From assembly GCA_041393275.1 (NCBI GenBank), contig JAWKKL010000002.1:13817-77816 (forward strand): a stretch of 64,000 nt of DNA, written 5' to 3'. Source of the stretch: Bacteroidales bacterium. Lineage in GTDB: Bacteria; Bacteroidota; Bacteroidia; Bacteroidales; JAADJA01. The position numbers were made by a program, and so were the translations under genes. Numbering within the stretch: the stretch's first letter is position 1; the number at the start of each line of letters is the position of its first letter. Under the pieces are notes generated by a model. That model did no database searches and had not been told where the DNA came from. It saw only the letters and a list, made by a program, of their open reading frames with translations. Positions 10,388 to 21,300 of the stretch are shown here, one piece after another.

Positions 10388-11794
10388 TTATTTTGATAAG
10401 TAAACTCTATATTCCCAAGGCTGGAGGGAAACAGTTGTCTTTCCATCCCATGTTATTTCCTCTCCACTAAAATATTCTTGATATGAACCAAAATGATCCC
10501 CCCCTGAAAATGTTGTCTCAATTATATCATCCGATAAATTTACAATAGTAAAAATCTGATCAATCCCTTCCCCTCTTATAAAAGCGAAAACATCTTCATC
10601 GTTGGTTGTTTTTATCCTTATCATTGGCGAACCATATTCACCATTCCATAAGGCTTTTTGATTATTCTTTAATTGATTAAGTTTTGAATAAAATAAGATC
10701 AATGGAGAACTATCATCCCAATCAATTTGGTCTTTTTCAAAAAATTCGAGCCGTTTGTTCAACCCTACTTCCTGGCCACTGTAAATCAAAGGCATTCCCG
10801 GCAGTGTATAAGTCAACACCGTAAAGGCTTCCCCTCCCTCGCCCATTCGCTCCGTAACTGTTCCATTCCATGAATTTTCATCATGATTCGTAATAAAGGC
10901 CATCCGATACGCGTGCAAAGGGTAAGCTGTATCATTTTTATAAAAATACGCTTCGAGATCGTTGGCATTTTTTTCACCTTTAGCTATCTTATTAAATATA
11001 TGGTGTAGTTCCCAGGCGTACGACATATCAAATGATTTTTCGTGATGGGCAACTTCCTCTGCTTCGGCCAGCATAAAAACCGGTTTTATCTGATCAAGTT
11101 CGTACCGTGCTTTTTCCCAAAACTCCAGGGGGACCATTCCTGCTACATCACATCTATATCCATCAACATCGGCTTCTGTAACCCAAAACTTCAAGGCATC
11201 GATCTGGGCATCCCACAACGATTTTTCATCGTAATTCAAATCGGCTACATCCGACCAGTCAAATGGCGATACCATATTTCCCAGCGAATCTTTTGAATAC
11301 CATTCAGGATGGTTATAAATCCATTGATTATCCCAGGCGGTGTGATTGGCCACCCAATCAAGAATTACTTTAAAACCCATTTCATGCGCTTTTTTTACAA
11401 GGGATTTAAAATCTTCCAACGTTCCAAATTCAGGATTCACCGCCTTGTAATCTTTTACTGCATAATAACTTCCGAGGGATCCTTTGCGGTTTTTTTCTCC
11501 GATGGGGTAAATGGGCATCAGCCACAAAATTTTGACTCCCATATTTTGCAATCTGGGCAAATGTGATTCAAATGCCCTAAAGGTTCCTTCTTTGGTATAT
11601 TGCCTTATATTCACTTCATATATGTTGGCATTTTTGCTCCATTCGGGTGTGCTAAAGACATATGGTTGTTTTTCTGATACAATTTCTTCTGTTGAATTAG
11701 CCGGTTGATTGCATGAAAACATTATGGCCGCCAGAAACAAAATAATTCCCTGAAGTTTTAAATTTATCAGTAGTGTTGAATTCATCAGTGTCAT
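10388..11794 (-). CDS. GH13 alpha-amylase family lipoprotein
   Basis: Four GH13 conserved regions are present: DWVANH, GYRCDVAGMVP, MLAEAEE and FITNHDEN. The lipoprotein signal ends ..AAIMFSC. Confidence 0.9.
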   Translation of the reverse strand: MTLMNSTLLINLKLQGIILFLAAIMFSCNQPANSTEEIVSEKQPYVFSTPEWSKNANIYEVNIRQYTKEGTFRAFESHLPRLQNMGVKILWLMPIYPIGEKNRKGSLGSYYAVKDYKAVNPEFGTLEDFKSLVKKAHEMGFKVILDWVANHTAWDNQWIYNHPEWYSKDSLGNMVSPFDWSDVADLNYDEKSLWDAQIDALKFWVTEADVDGYRCDVAGMVPLEFWEKARYELDQIKPVFMLAEAEEVAHHEKSFDMSYAWELHHIFNKIAKGEKNANDLEAYFYKNDTAYPLHAYRMAFITNHDENSWNGTVTERMGEGGEAFTVLTYTLPGMPLIYSGQEVGLNKRLEFFEKDQIDWDDSSPLILFYSKLNQLKNNQKALWNGEYGSPMIRIKTTNDEDVFAFIRGEGIDQIFTIVNLSDDIIETTFSGGDHFGSYQEYFSGEEITWDGKTTVSLQPWEYRVYLSK

Positions 11795-12059
11795 TAAGAA
11801 TAATTTTAGTTGGCGAAATTAAAGAAGATTTTCGAGTATTAAAATATTCGTCCGAGTAAAATTGCAAATGGTATATTTAACGTGTGGACTTTCATATATC
11901 TGTGTTTGGAAATTAGAGCTTTCAGATTCACGACTATTTTTTTGGTGTTATGAAATCTTGTCACCTCATATTCTATTGTGATTCAATATCAACATCAAGG
12001 ATCGCACTAAACTGTTTTTGCATATTTTAAAAATTGAGCTGGTAAATTTAAATAATCCA

Positions 12060-12067
12060 TACATTTG
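12060..12067 (+). promoter_or_regulatory. Candidate -7 promoter box (TACATTTG)
   Basis: Matches TAnnTTTG and ends 16 nt upstream of the ATG at 12083. Confidence 0.4.
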
Positions 12068-12082
12068 TCAGGACGATAAAAA

Positions 12083-12688
12083 ATGAAAAAGATTACCCTT
12101 GAATTTGTGGTTTTTGTTTGCGGTGCGGTTGTCATGGCTTATGAAATAATTGGTTCAAGGATGCTGGCCCTTTGTGGGGTACATCCATCTCGCCCGGGAC
12201 AAGCATCATTGGCATTATCCTGTTAAGTCTAAGCGCTGGGTATTATTTTGGGGAAGCTGGCTGATAAAAAACCGTTTTATTCCATATTAGCTTTGGCCAT
12301 TGGAATATCTGGTATCTTGATTTTAATATCTACGCTGTTAAAAGATATCTTATTAAGTTGGATGTTAGACACAATTGAAAACTTAGAAGTTATTTCCGTT
12401 CTTGCTTCCATCCTGTTGTTTTCGCTTCCTGCTTTTTTCCTGGGAATGGTTTCTCCTTATGCGGTCAAACTAAAAATCAAAGATGTAAAAACCTCGGGGG
12501 CTACGGCGGGTTATCTTTATGCAATATCTACTGCGGGCAGTATTACAGGCACTTTTTTGGCCGGGTTTTACCTTATCCCCTCATTTCGCATTTCGGTTAT
12601 CCTTTATATATTTACCCTTGTTTTGCTGTCAATATCAATTGGATTATTTTTAATTTTCAAAAATTCAGGAAATAAATCAATAAACTAA
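12083..12688 (+). pseudogene. Membrane (N-terminal) portion of a fused MFS/spermidine-synthase-like protein; frame-broken, with no synthase domain following
   Basis: The ATG at 12083 gives MKKITLEFVVFVCGAVVMAYEIIGSRML. Frame changes occur between about 12170 and 12260. ORF 12248..12688 then continues (KLADKKPFYSILALAIG..MVSPYAVKL..GSITGTFLAGFYLIP). It stops at 12688, directly before the next gene. Confidence 0.6.
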
Positions 12689-12697
12689 TTTATTATT

Positions 12698-13501
12698 ATG
12701 ATAATAAAAAGCCATTTACCCGCTCTCCTCATTGCTTTCATAGTTTTATTAACAGCTTCATGTTCCCTCACGCCCAAACAACCCGACCCTGTCAGGCTGG
12801 CTATTTCAAAAGCCATACCACAGGACAAGTATATAAATTACGTCAACTGGATACATTTTGCTGATACAAGTATCGTTTGCGTGGATATGTACGGGCATGG
12901 AATTGATTCCGCCCTCGCCATTCTCGAAACCTGTGATGGATTGTTGCTAACAGGCGGCGAAGATATAAATCCCGATTTGTATAACCGGGTTTTCGATTCC
13001 TTGCGGTGTGATACCCCGAACGATTACCGCGACAGCCTTGAAATGGCCCTGATTGGGAAAGCCTTAAAACTTCAACTGCCTATCATGGGAATTTGCCGGG
13101 GCCACCAAATGCTAAATGTATATTTTGGTGGTTCATTGATTTTTGACATTCCGATGGATTACGACACCACAGTTAAACACCGTTATCCCGAATATACCCC
13201 TTCAGAACATAAAGTTACCTTGCTGCCCGGTACGTTGCTCGCCGAAATTGCCGGTGTTACGGAAGGAAATGTGTACAGCAACCACCACCAGGGAATTGAT
13301 GATTTGGCTGATGGTTTAAGCGGCCTGGGCTTTAGCGATGACGGTTTGATAGAATCCATTCAGCGAAGTAATTTTACAAAATATCCATTTTTATTGGGTG
13401 TACAATGGCATCCTGAAAAAATGGATTATCAAAATCCCTTGTCAGGAAAAATTGCCGAACGGTTTGTGATGGAAATGAAAAAATTTACTAAAAAACCATA
13501 A
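12698..13501 (+). CDS. Class I glutamine amidotransferase-like / peptidase C26 (gamma-glutamyl hydrolase family) lipoprotein
   Basis: Has the GICRGHQMLN nucleophile elbow, HHQ, and GVQWHPE. The N-terminal lipobox is LLTASC. Confidence 0.8.
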   Translation: MIIKSHLPALLIAFIVLLTASCSLTPKQPDPVRLAISKAIPQDKYINYVNWIHFADTSIVCVDMYGHGIDSALAILETCDGLLLTGGEDINPDLYNRVFDSLRCDTPNDYRDSLEMALIGKALKLQLPIMGICRGHQMLNVYFGGSLIFDIPMDYDTTVKHRYPEYTPSEHKVTLLPGTLLAEIAGVTEGNVYSNHHQGIDDLADGLSGLGFSDDGLIESIQRSNFTKYPFLLGVQWHPEKMDYQNPLSGKIAERFVMEMKKFTKKP

Positions 13502-13503
13502 AC

Positions 13504-14637
13504 ATGAAATTTCTGTATTGGGTTGTAGCTTTCATTCTAATTCTAATTTATGGCTGTCAAAATCCAGAAAACAAACCAAAAACAGAAGAGGCAAAAATGC
13601 ACATTCACAAAGAAATCTTCGGGAAGGTATACAACCAGGATATATATCAATATCAATTGACCAACCCATCAGGTATGAAAGTCAAGATCATTAATTTTGG
13701 GGCCATTGTAACTTCCATTATTGTACCTGATAAGGAAGGAAATTTTAATGATGTAGTTTTGGGCTTTGATAAACTGGACGATTACCTTATAAATGAACCT
13801 TTTTTCGGACCTGTTGTCGGGCGTTATGCCAACCGCATTGCAAATGGGAAATTTTTACTTGAGGGAAAGGAATATGATTTAGCCACTAACAATGGCCCAA
13901 ACCATTTGCATGGCGGAATAATAAATTTCAGCAAAGTGATTTGGGATGCCGAAGAAATACAAGGTGACAAGTTTGTTGGAATTGAGTTGCAATACCTTTC
14001 GAAGGATGGTGAGGAAGAATATCCCGGGAATCTTGATGTAACTGTAGTGTATACACTTACTGATAAAAACGAATTAATAATTGAATACACTGCAAAAACC
14101 GATCAAGCCACCCCGATAAATCTTACGCATCATAGTTATTTTAACCTGGCCGGTACGTCAGGGAAAAATATTCTTGATCATGAATTATTTATTGATGCGG
14201 ATAAATTCGTTGTTGTTGATGAAACACTAATTCCAACAGGCGAATTGAGGGATGTCGCAGGAACATCCATGGATTTTAGGAAACCAGCAACTGTCGGGAG
14301 CCGGATAGCAGAAGTTGAAGGTGGTTACGATCATTGTTATGTCCTTAAAAACAATTCAGAAATAAAACACATTGCTTTCCTTTTTGATCCTTTTTCCATG
14401 AGAAAAATGGATGTATATACAACCGAACCAGGTGTCCAATTTTATTCAGGCAACTTTCTGGATGGCAGCCTTGCCGGGAAAAACGGAATTAAATACACGA
14501 AAAACTTTGGATTGTGCCTCGAAACTCAGCATTTCCCTGATTCGCCTAATCAACCGTCTTTTCCGAATACAATTCTGAGGCCGGGAGAAAAATATGAGCA
14601 AACAACGATATATTCATTTTCTATAAATCAGGATTAA
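13504..14637 (+). CDS. galM: Aldose 1-epimerase (galactose mutarotase), lipoprotein form
   Basis: Has GRYANRIANGKF, NNGPNHLHGG and THHSYFNL motifs. The lipobox is LIYGC. Confidence 0.9.
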   Translation: MKFLYWVVAFILILIYGCQNPENKPKTEEAKMHIHKEIFGKVYNQDIYQYQLTNPSGMKVKIINFGAIVTSIIVPDKEGNFNDVVLGFDKLDDYLINEPFFGPVVGRYANRIANGKFLLEGKEYDLATNNGPNHLHGGIINFSKVIWDAEEIQGDKFVGIELQYLSKDGEEEYPGNLDVTVVYTLTDKNELIIEYTAKTDQATPINLTHHSYFNLAGTSGKNILDHELFIDADKFVVVDETLIPTGELRDVAGTSMDFRKPATVGSRIAEVEGGYDHCYVLKNNSEIKHIAFLFDPFSMRKMDVYTTEPGVQFYSGNFLDGSLAGKNGIKYTKNFGLCLETQHFPDSPNQPSFPNTILRPGEKYEQTTIYSFSINQD

Positions 14638-14652
14638 AAGTATTAGAATTGG

Positions 14653-17600
14653 TTAATCCGGTACCTGAGATCCTTTTCCAAGGTTAGGAAGTAAATAATC
14701 ATTTTTATCTTTATTGTCAACCTGTCCATCAAGGTTACCATCTGCGTTCAGATATCCATTGAAGGCCGCATTGGATTTCCAAAATAAAAAATCTGTTGAA
14801 TCGATCATCCCTTCCGAATAAAAATCACCGCTGATCATGCCCCAAACACCGGGTGCCAGTTCTTTGTGTCCGCTGATACCGCCATACACCCGGTCTACTC
14901 CATCAGTAAAATTATAATGATAAACACCTCCGATTTTTAACAAGGCCTCATTAGAAATCACAGCAAGATGATCCCTGTGAAAGATCACAACAAACAAATT
15001 TTGCAAAATGGTGGCATCAAATATTAGGAACGAGGGTTCCATCCAATCCGACAATATTACCGCTGTTTAGCAGAAACTCCTACCTGCCTGGACACAATTG
15101 TTCCCGCTCCAGCCAGTTCCACCGTGGCTGCATCCCTGATTTCAACCAGGATCCAATCGGTAATATTAATACCCTGAAGCGAAGGAACTGATTGCCCGCC
15201 ATAATAAAACCATGGAAATTTGTTATAGGGCTGGCTTAGTGGTAAAATCCCTGCGTCGCTTAAATCCGTGTTCATATCACCTTCCTCGTAGGGCCCTTCG
15301 AGGAGAACTGTAATATCGACAGGGATAAATGGAATAATTTCAATATCATCGATGTAAACGGATTCGTATCCATAATCGTATTCCGGTTTAAAAGCAATAA
15401 ATCCATTGGGATTCAGATTGCAACTTAGATCAATAACATATTCCTGATACTCTGGCGATAAATTCAAACATGTATCTACCATATAGGTGGATGCATCAAA
15501 TGGATCGGTTATTGTTCCAACAGACAATTTTTCGGCATTCCCATATGCATAAAACCGAATTCCATGGCATACATTGGAAACAGGCGGTGAGATCAACAAT
15601 TGAATGGCATTTAGATCGGACGCGTTTCTAATTTCAAGACATTGGGGCCAGCTATGCGTATTGTAATACACTATATTTATGTTGGCCAGGGCATCTGCCG
15701 ATTCAATAATTACACGCCAGCAGTCAGGTAATTCATAGATCGGGGAGCTATCAAAATTTTCAATGATAGATTCTTCAGTCGGTACGCAGAGCGTGCCGAA
15801 AAATAAAGGTCCGTTCCACCAGCTTACATCTCCTCCACCGCAAACACCCTGAATATACACATCATACTCTGTATCCGGTAATAGGCCACTGAGATGAAAA
15901 GGACTATCATTTGCAATAGCATTTGGTATACCAGTTGGAACAAATTCATGTTCTCCGTATTCAAGATTCCATTGGTTGGCATCTCCTGGATCTATCCATT
16001 GGAGAAACGCTGATGAATCGTTTGCAGATAATACCTGAAGATTTTCTGGCATCAAGCAGGTTGGGGCTATATCCACGGTAATATCATCAATATAAAGATT
16101 GAATATGTTTGGTTTGGCCTTCACATACCACCCGAAAAAATAAGTGCCGTCTGCAGGGGGTTCAACATAACAAACAGCGTGTTCGTAGGTAGGTTGAGTG
16201 ATCATACTGTCCTGAAAAATCGGAACATCTGGCATGGCCGAGGACATGGCATCCGTTCCGATATATACCTCCAGTTTTTCAATATATCCAGAATAAGTTG
16301 ACATATAGTAAAAGTCCACAACATAGTTTTCACCGGTATAAAGGTTTAGCGGAGCCGAAAAGAACCAGTCGTTGGTGGTGTCGTGCGAACTGTAGGATAT
16401 GCTGAAATGAGTGGATCCGGAATGCGGAAGATTGCCACTCGTTTCCCAATGATAATTGTCGTCATTTGTATTTTCAATGGAAATACATAATGGGATTTCA
16501 GGCGGCGTTACTCCTTCGAAACCTTCAAAATAAGGCACGTCCTGGATCATACAATGCGTTTGGAAACCTTTTGGACCTACCCAATAACTTTGGTCACCGG
16601 CACCACAATCAGCCTGCACGTAAAAATCGTAGGCAGTAGCTACTTCAAGGCCGATAAGTGTGGTCGGGTTCGAGTAAGCCACATGATTAGCTATTCCTAA
16701 CGGATCAAATCCCTCATAACCATATTCCACATTCCATGTAGTGGCTGTGCCATTTTCCATCCACCCGATTTCTGCCGTTGTCTGCATTAGCGATCCTTTG
16801 TATAGATCACCCGGCTTCAGGCAGGTCGGCATATCATCAATTAGGATGTTATCGATGATCAAACTTTCGTAATTGTTGTAAGCAATGGCTTTCAGGGCCA
16901 GAAATTCATCATTGCCCGTGTAATCCGCAAAATAAACCTCGAACTCCTGGTAGTCCTCGTCATATCCAGGTACATCCAGGAAAGTAAATTCACTGAATGA
17001 ATTTGTATCATTTGGATCCGACATGGTTCCGACCGACAGATCGCACCATCCCATAGCATACAGATCGAGGTATTTCATGGCCACTCCTCCGGGTAATTTC
17101 GGCGAAATAAAATACACTTCACCGTTGATTCCATTGGTCCACATCCGCAAACAATTCATACCGTTATATGCATTATCGTAAATATGTATACCTCCTCCCG
17201 ATCCGGATCGGTTTACCGACCAGCAAAACGGTATTTCCGGGTAGTAAACAGCCTCAAAATCCTCAAAAACGGACATTTCCTGTATGTTACATGCGGTATT
17301 GAATGACCATAACCGACCCGGGGTTTGTATAGTCGACAGGTCATTCCTTGAAACCACCTTCCAGTAATAGGTTTTTCCATATTTCATTGCTCCCGGATCA
17401 TAAAAGCCGGTCGTTCCGGCCGGGGCATTGTCCACAACCTTTTCGAGGTAGGGTAGGTCATAGCCGAAATAAAGATCATACCAGTCCGTATTTTCGCCGA
17501 AAGTCCAGGTCAGGTCGTCATTGATCTCCACATAAGTATCCACGCGTTCCGGAAACGGGTAATAAGCCTGTTGCGGGGCTTCGGGGGGTAAACTAAACTC

Positions 17601-18146
17601 AACTTTCAACCAGGGTGGCCGCTCTTCATTCCAGCCGTTTGCTCCCATTTTAAAATTGGGCAGATACCTGTATTCAACAAATGAAAATCCGAACCAGCCA
17701 TCAGCGAGGCTATTTTGCAAACCGGCCACACCTTCTGGCCAAAACTGAATTGTGGCCCATCCGGGCTCGTGAAAATCTCCTTCCCACCAAACATATTCAA
17801 TTCCATTCAGGCAATCAATGTACACAGAGGAAGGAGTACCAAGTAGGGGGTCATTTTCCAATGACTTATTCATCCATTTTGCAAAATTATTTTCAATAAT
17901 AAATAAATTCAATTCCACACTCTGAATGATTGCTTCAACAGGTATGGCTGAAATATTGAACCTGGCCCATGCCACCTCCGCATCCTCCGATTTTATATGT
18001 ATCAGACTGTTATCAGTAAAAATAGTCCCATTGGTCGCTCCTGTATTATAATTTCCTGTATCAGGAAAACAATAAACCAAGGCCTGGCTAAATACTATGG
18101 AAAAACTAAAAAGATTTAAAACAAATATTAAAATTTGGATTTTCAT
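14653..18146 (-). CDS. Giant secreted modular surface protein, paralog 1 (choice-of-anchor-J-like modules + FN3-like modules + non-T9SS C-terminal domain); two close frame breaks near the 3' end
   Basis: ORF 15057..18146 has a signal peptide (MKIQILIFVLNLFSFSIVFSQA). Through a short middle frame (FLLNSGNIVGLDGTLVPNI, about 15075-15020) it continues into ORF 14653..15054 (FDATILQNLFVVIFHRDHLAVISN...DGNLDGQVDNKD). The N-terminal ~290 aa are colinear with those of the 18335..23704 product. Confidence 0.75.
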
Positions 18147-18203
18147 GGCTTTTGGGGTTTTTTTCGATATTTATTTTAAGTTGTATTTGATTTTTACAAA
18201 CCT

Positions 18204-18211
18204 CAAATATA
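18204..18211 (-). promoter_or_regulatory. Candidate -7 promoter box (TATATTTG) for paralog 1
   Basis: Minus-strand TAnnTTTG match about 55 nt upstream of the ATG at 18146. The -33 element is weak. Confidence 0.35.
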
Positions 18212-18282
18212 CAAAATAAAAGCCTCAAAAGCAAGAATTTAGCTGTTCAATTATTGCCTTAAAAAGTTTAAAATATGTGAAA

Positions 18283-18314
18283 TAGAAAAGGGGTAAGCAT
18301 TCAGCCACCCCTTT
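18283..18314 (-). terminator. Candidate intrinsic terminator after paralog 2
   Basis: On the minus strand, stem AAAGGGGU / ACCCCUUU (18314-18307 pairs with 18294-18287) with a 12-nt loop is followed by UCUAUUU. Confidence 0.5.
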
Positions 18315-18334
18315 CATCCGATCATTTAATCTTA

Positions 18335-21300
18335 TTATTTGATGATAACCTTTTCGATATGATTGATCTTATCCGAATAAATGTAAAGATAATAAAGGCC
18401 TTTAGCAAAATTGCTCAGATCTATTATATCCGAAAAATCTTTGTGAAGAGAAATATTCCTCTTGACAAAAACCTCTTTCCCAAAATTATTTACCACTTTT
18501 ATGTTTACCTTTTCAACATCAACCGAATTTATTGCTAGTGTAAATTGCCCATCGTTAGGATTTGGCAAAATTGAAACGTTGAGTTCACCAGAATTTTCGT
18601 TTATTCCAATACCTAAATCCACAAGGATGGTTTCTTCGGCAAAATTTTCGCATAAATTGGCATCGGTATAGGTATAGGTTATTGTGTGTGTTCCTGGACC
18701 TGCAATGCCAGGATCAAACCATCCATTGTCCACCCCAGGGCCGGAATATTCGCCCCCGGCAGGGGCACCACCCGTTAATTCAAATGCCGGCCAATTTGGA
18801 TTAACTGCAGAAAATGGTTCAAGGGTTACGTTAGGTAAATACCGGATAATTAACAAGGGATTTGATGCAGGCCCTTCACAGCCATTATTTAATCCGGTAA
18901 CCACAAGATTCACATTGCCAGTAAATCCAATTGTCCAGTTAACTGTAACAGAAGTACCAGTACCAGAAACCGTACCGGCTGCAACTGGGTCTAATGCCCA
19001 ACTATATGTATTTGCTCCCGACGCACCGCTTGTACTGTAAGTGGATGTCGGATAATTTGCACATAAGTATGAGACTCCGAGAGGTGGACCAGGAGTGCCC
19101 GGCAGGTCATAAACAATCACTGTAACACTGTCGAACATAGAAATTAATCCATCGTTGACTTCAAGAAAATATTCGGTTGTTTCAGTAGGTGATACCGTTG
19201 GATTTTGCAGGGTTGAATTAAATCCCGGAGGCTCGGATGTCCAGGTGTAGTTGAAGTTTCCTGAACCGCCAACGGCTGTGGCATTCAACTGTGTACCTTC
19301 TCCATCACAAATTTCTTCGGGCGTTGCAGTCGCACTTATCACCAAACTATTATCCCATTCAATAAAAATATCATCAATATAAATATCCCATTGCCCTGGG
19401 ATGCTGTATCCATGCCAGCCAACAAAATATATTCCGCTTTCCTCAGGGCTGAACGATGTACTAGCTTCCTGATAAATATTATTATATGCAAACATTTCAT
19501 CCGTAAATATCGGATCGCTGGTCATTGAATCGGAAACCGCAGCCGAACCGAATTTAACTTCAAGGTTTTCATAATAATTGGCTGAATTTGTAGTGTAATG
19601 AAACACCACATTATAGGTTTGGCCACCTAACAAATCCAGGGGAGGTGAAAAGAACCAGTCATCCATCGGATTATTATAGGTATAACTTATAGCAAGGTGA
19701 TACATTCCACTGTTTGGTGTGTTCATGGAAGTCATCCATTGCAGGTTATCGCCATTCGTATTTTCAACTGCAATACAAGGCGGCACAAGTGGGACAAAGA
19801 CGTCTTCAAAACCTTCTTCATAGGGCAAAGCAGCAGGATAACATAAGGTTTTAAAAGTATATGGTCCAACCCAATAGCTCAGGTCACCGGCTCCACAATC
19901 AGCCTGAACATAATAATCGTAAAATGTGCCATCATTCAAGCTGGTAAGATTATAAGGATTAGTATTGGCTACTGCGGTAGGAACACCGGTTGGTGTAAAT
20001 CCCATTTCTCCGTATTCAATGTTCCATTGAGTGGCCGTACCATTTTCTGTCCAACCTAAAGTTGCTGTTGTTTGGGTCATTCCTCCTGCGGTCAGGTTTG
20101 AAGGCTTAGGGCATGTCGGTGGGTGGTCAATCGTGATATCATCTATATAAATATCCTGGTACATACCCGTAAATACCCCTTTAATTGCCATAAACTGATC
20201 GGGACCGGTATAGTTCGTAAAAAACACTTCATACTCTTGATAGAATGTAGATAAAGTAAGTGTTGTAATTTCATTATAGGTATTTGGATCATAAGGATCA
20301 GCCATTGTTCCAACCGAAATTTGAGGTGCATAACCCAAGGCAAAAAAGTTAAGGTATTTTCCGCTCGCCCCATCGGAAATAGGAGCAGATATAAAATACA
20401 AATCTGCATTTGCGTCATCGCTGTTGTTAATTGTCAAACAATTCGGCCCGCTATAAAAATTATAATTTACTGTTGCTACATCGGCGAATCCACTTACTGA
20501 TTCAGATATTTTCATCCAACAGTCGGGAAGGTCAGGAATTGACACTCCATCAAAATCTTCAAAAACAGGGACAGCAGCTGCCTCACACAAGGTAGTAAAG
20601 GTTTTTGGGGAAGACCACCAACTAACATCACCTCCGCCACAATCGGCCTGAAGATAATAGTCGTATGTTGTTCCAGGCTCAAGCCCTGTTAATTCGAATG
20701 GATTTGAATCGGCCGTTGCATTTGCACTCCCTGTCGGTACGAAACCAGTATACCCGTATTCAATATTCCATTGTGTTGCTGTCCCATTTTCCGTCCATGT
20801 TAACAAGGCTGAAGAACTACTCACCGTAATAACATCCAGCCAGGATGGTTTTAAACAGCTTGGGGCCACATCAATCAAAATTTCATCAACATACAAATTA
20901 TATTGATCAGGAACGCTATATCCATGCCATCCGACATAATAAACGCCATCTGTTGTGGGTGTAAAATACCCCACACCTTCGTACCATGTAAAGGCATAAT
21001 TTATGTTTTCATCCGAAAAAATCGGCCCATTTACCATCGCTGAGGAATTTGGAAAACTACCCCACAAAACCTCCATCTTTTCGACATAGCTTGAACTATT
21101 GCTGGTATAATAAAATTGAACAATGTAGGTTTCTCCTCCTGTTAAATCGAGTGGGGCAGAAAAAAACCAGTCATTCATGGCCAGGCTTCCATTGTAGTTT
21201 ACCCGAATGCTGTTTGATCCGGCATAAGCTGCATCATTTGTTGCGTACCACGAATTGAAATCCCCATTTGTATTTTCCACAATAATGCATGGGGGCACAT

